From positions 576-64,575 of the forward strand of contig CAZKQM010000002.1 in assembly GCA_964554895.1 (NCBI GenBank): a stretch of DNA of 64,000 nucleotides, read 5' to 3'. Numbering within the stretch: the stretch's first letter is position 1; each line of letters begins with the position of its first letter. This document shows positions 61,364 through 64,000 of the stretch, in pieces. This stretch comes from an uncultured Maribacter sp. (GTDB taxonomy: Bacteria; Bacteroidota; Bacteroidia; Flavobacteriales; Flavobacteriaceae). A model generated the notes under the pieces. That model saw only the letters and a program-made list of their open reading frames with translations. It was not told the DNA's origin and did no database searches. The position numbers and the translations under genes are program-made.

Positions 61364-61715
61364 GTCTTCATTTTTGGATCAAAATTGACAACTGCCCATA
61401 TCACATGGGGTTCAGCATATTATGACTTCATGATGTTAAAATATCGATGAACTGCACACTGATTCATTTCATTTGACAACGCTGTACGTTCTAAATTATT
61501 TCGTACAAATAATAAAAATGCAGTTTCACATCATAAACTAGCTGTTTGACAACAATGTTTTTTTGTCTACGCCTCTTATCAATAGTTTTATGTCATAGTT
61601 TAAAAATCACGGTTTGACAATCTATATAAATGATTAAGCAAAAATAACTACGATGGCCCGAAATGAAAATTCTAACAAGACGTCCCAAAGTCTGAAAAAA
61701 AAACCTACTAAAAAA

Positions 61716-62297
61716 ATGGCTGTACCAATTGAAGATTCAGAACTTGTACGAGACTACATCAGTGGAGATGAGAAGGCACTCGAAGTTTTAATAAATAGAC
61801 ATAATCAACGAATTACCAGCTTTATTTATTCTAAAGTATTAGATAGAGATATCACAGAAGATATTTTTCAAGATACTTTTATTAAAGTAATTAAAACACT
61901 TAAGAAAGGTTCTTACAGTGAAGAAGGTAAATTTTTACCATGGGTAATGCGTATTGCTCATAACTTAATCATTGATCATTTTAGAAAGAATAAAAGAATG
62001 CCTAAGTTCGAAGGCAATGAAGATTTCAATATCTTCTCTGTTATTGGTGATGATAAGTTAAATGCTGAAAAACAGCTTATTAAAGATCAAATTGATTCTG
62101 ATTTAAGAATTTTAATTGAAGAATTGCCAGATGATCAAAAAGAAGTTCTTTTAATGCGTATCTATAAAGATATGAGCTTTAAAGAAATATCTGAAAACAC
62201 TGGTGTTAGTATAAACACTGCTTTAGGTAGAATGCGTTATGCTTTGATTAATTTGAGAAAAATCATTGAAAAAAATAATATTGTATTAACAAATTAA
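61716..62297 (+). CDS. ECF sigma factor, copy 2 (193 aa from ATG 61716)
   Basis: Colinear with copy 1, 144/193 identical by manual count; A-rich start context at 61716 (the track start at 61653 adds 21 aa). Confidence 0.95.
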   Translation: MAVPIEDSELVRDYISGDEKALEVLINRHNQRITSFIYSKVLDRDITEDIFQDTFIKVIKTLKKGSYSEEGKFLPWVMRIAHNLIIDHFRKNKRMPKFEGNEDFNIFSVIGDDKLNAEKQLIKDQIDSDLRILIEELPDDQKEVLLMRIYKDMSFKEISENTGVSINTALGRMRYALINLRKIIEKNNIVLTN

Positions 62298-62371
62298 TTT
62301 TCCTCTAAACAACGTTTGCAATAATTCTTATTTAGTTCCGTTATCCTATCATAACATGATGATAACAGAAT

Positions 62372-62515
62372 ATGGAAAAAATTTACACTGAAGATCAACA
62401 TTATTGTGAAATTGCAAAAGCTTCTCCTGAAGCAATACGTTTTATTTTGAACTTTTCTCAAGTTTTAAAAATAACCAAGCATAGGCAATTTAACTTTGAA
62501 AGTATTTTAAATTAA
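62372..62515 (+). CDS. Unannotated 47-aa protein, copy 2
   Basis: MEKIYTEDQHYCEIAKASPEAIRFILNFSQVLKITKHRQFNFESILN. Confidence 0.82.
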   Translation: MEKIYTEDQHYCEIAKASPEAIRFILNFSQVLKITKHRQFNFESILN

Positions 62516-62543
62516 AAAAGACCCGCTATTGGCGGGTCTTTTT
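62515..62543. terminator. Bidirectional intrinsic terminator overlapping the nth stop codon
   Basis: aaaaagacccgc-tattg-gcgggtcttttt. Confidence 0.85.
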
Positions 62544-63191
62544 ACTTTTATAGTATTCTTGTAGCACCTTTTTTCTGCCTATTGTTTTTGTTATAATATC
62601 CTTTTCTAAATCCCATCCTCTTGCCGGAGAATATTCACGACCGTACCATATAATCTGCAAATGAAGATCGTTCCATAATTCCTTCGGAAATAATCTTTTG
62701 GCGTCTTTCTCGGTTTGCACAACATTTTTGCCGTTAGTAAATCCCCAACGATATAGTAATCTATGAATATGGGTATCAACAGGAAAAGCAGGAATTCCGA
62801 ATGCTTGAGACACTACCACACTTGCTGTTTTATGACCTACTGCAGGAAATTCTTCTAACAATTCAATTTCTTTGGGTACCACGCCATCATATTTTTCAAC
62901 CAACATTTGTGAGAGTCCGTGAATACCTTTTGCTTTCATGGGTGATAAACCGACAGGTTTAATTATTTCACGTATTTCATTTACCGTCAATTTTATCATG
63001 TCATAAGGGTTGTCGGCCTTTGCAAAAAGTAGCGGTGTAATTTTATTCACACGAACATCAGTGCTTTGTGTAGACATTAAGACCGCAATCAGCAATGTAT
63101 ATGGGTCTTTATGATCTAAGGGTACAGGAATTGTTGGATATAATTCTTGTAGTGTCTTAATGGTAAAATTTACCTTTTCTGATTTCGTCAT
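62526..63191 (-). CDS. nth: Endonuclease III family (HhH-GPD) DNA glycosylase lacking the FeS Cys cluster
   Basis: LLIAVLMSTQSTD, FPAVGHKTA, FPVDTHIHR; GREYSPAR in place of the Cys motif. Confidence 0.9.
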   Translation of the reverse strand: MTKSEKVNFTIKTLQELYPTIPVPLDHKDPYTLLIAVLMSTQSTDVRVNKITPLLFAKADNPYDMIKLTVNEIREIIKPVGLSPMKAKGIHGLSQMLVEKYDGVVPKEIELLEEFPAVGHKTASVVVSQAFGIPAFPVDTHIHRLLYRWGFTNGKNVVQTEKDAKRLFPKELWNDLHLQIIWYGREYSPARGWDLEKDIITKTIGRKKVLQEYYKSKKTRQ

Positions 63192-63227
63192 TATAGTTTA
63201 ACTTTACTAACAAATTATATAATTCGT

Positions 63228-63680
63228 ATGAATACTTTAAAAGTAGGAGACAAGGTTCCTGAATTTACGTCAATAGATCAAGACGGCAATACTATTAAAT
63301 TATCAGATTTTAAAGGCAAAAAATTAATTGTTTTTTTCTATCCGAAGGCAAGTACACCAGGTTGTACGGTTGAGGCCTGTAATTTAAGAGATAATTACAG
63401 TTCGTTTCAAGAACAAGGTTTTGAATTGTTAGGGGTAAGTGCCGATTCTACCAAGAGGCAGACTAATTTCAAAAATAAACACCAATTACCGTTTCCGTTA
63501 TTGGCAGATGAAGACCATACTGTAATCAATACTTTTGGGGTTTGGGGACAAAAAAAGTTTATGGGTAAAACGTACGATGGTATTCACAGAATGACCTTCA
63601 TGATTGATGAAAACGGACTTGTTTCAAAGGTTATTGAAAAAGTAAAAACAAAAGACCACGCTGCTCAATTGTTGCAGTAA
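63228..63680 (+). CDS. bcp: Thioredoxin-dependent peroxiredoxin BCP
   Basis: FFYPKASTPGCTVEAC. Confidence 0.95.
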   Translation: MNTLKVGDKVPEFTSIDQDGNTIKLSDFKGKKLIVFFYPKASTPGCTVEACNLRDNYSSFQEQGFELLGVSADSTKRQTNFKNKHQLPFPLLADEDHTVINTFGVWGQKKFMGKTYDGIHRMTFMIDENGLVSKVIEKVKTKDHAAQLLQ

Positions 63681-63713
63681 AAAAACATTAGTTTTGAGAA
63701 AAAGCAATTTGAT

Positions 63714-64000
63714 TTAATCTTTTTCTGACTCCTGTAATTTCTTAATAAACAGATTTTTACTTTTAATTATTTCAGCAATACCTTCAGGTAATTGTTTTTC
63801 CCAGCCCTTTTCATTATTGATGATTTTTTTAAGCACATCTCTTGAGAAAATATGCATAATTTCAGGGTCGTAATCAATAATATCCATGACCTTATTATTG
63901 TATTTAAAGAACTTGTATAATTCTTTCATACGTGGATGAACTTTCACATTATTACTGGTCATGATTTGTTCAGTCTCAGGATCTTTCATTGGGTAGAGGT
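63714..64000 (-). CDS. 3' end of a conserved protein of uncertain function; start lies beyond the window
   Basis: Frame is open to the window end (LYPMKDPE...IFSRDVLKKI...WEKQLPEGIAEII). Confidence 0.65.
   Translation of the reverse strand, partial: LYPMKDPETEQIMTSNNVKVHPRMKELYKFFKYNNKVMDIIDYDPEIMHIFSRDVLKKIINNEKGWEKQLPEGIAEIIKSKNLFIKKLQESEKD

Noticed and set aside
61653-61715. 21-aa basic N-terminal extension on ECF sigma 2
   Set aside because: ATG 61716 aligns exactly with the copy 1 start and has the typical A-rich context; the extension is probably untranslated, though not excluded.
60480-62515. RNA-guided dCas12f/TnpB-sigmaE system or CRISPR array at the ECF locus
   Set aside because: No Cas12f/TnpB-sized ORF nearby; the repeated motif is only 7-9 bp with uneven spacing, not a CRISPR repeat.

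Overview
AT-rich, gene-dense bacterial chromosome segment. It is almost certainly Bacteroidota/Flavobacteriaceae: TAnnTTTG -7 promoter boxes, A-rich start regions without Shine-Dalgarno sequences, SusC-like modules and T9SS C-terminal domains all point there. Most of it is core genes (menC, menE, acyl-CoA carboxylase beta, ettA, fumC, arsC, prfB with its +1 frameshift, ltaE, oligopeptidase B, uvrA, nth, bcp). I saw no rRNA, tRNA, CRISPR array, transposase or prophage. Most notable: (1) a tandemly duplicated module of an ECF sigma factor plus an unannotated 47-aa protein (60480-62515), with a structured leader and a TTGACAA repeat set; (2) probable sulfonolipid genes capA-capB facing a bacterial-ceramide-synthase-like GNAT protein, a candidate capnine N-acyltransferase (35672-39223); (3) an OmpA-domain protein with a symmetric 4x23 + 4x23 residue hairpin stalk; (4) a cluster of barrel-less TonB-plug/vWA/TPR proteins (6014-14620); (5) two tandem T9SS-secreted glycoside-hydrolase-like/PA14/Big_2 proteins with the same repeat count despite a recent 258-bp triplication in one; (6) a GNAT gene broken by an in-frame TGA. 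Family calls come from motif recognition only; no searches were run.
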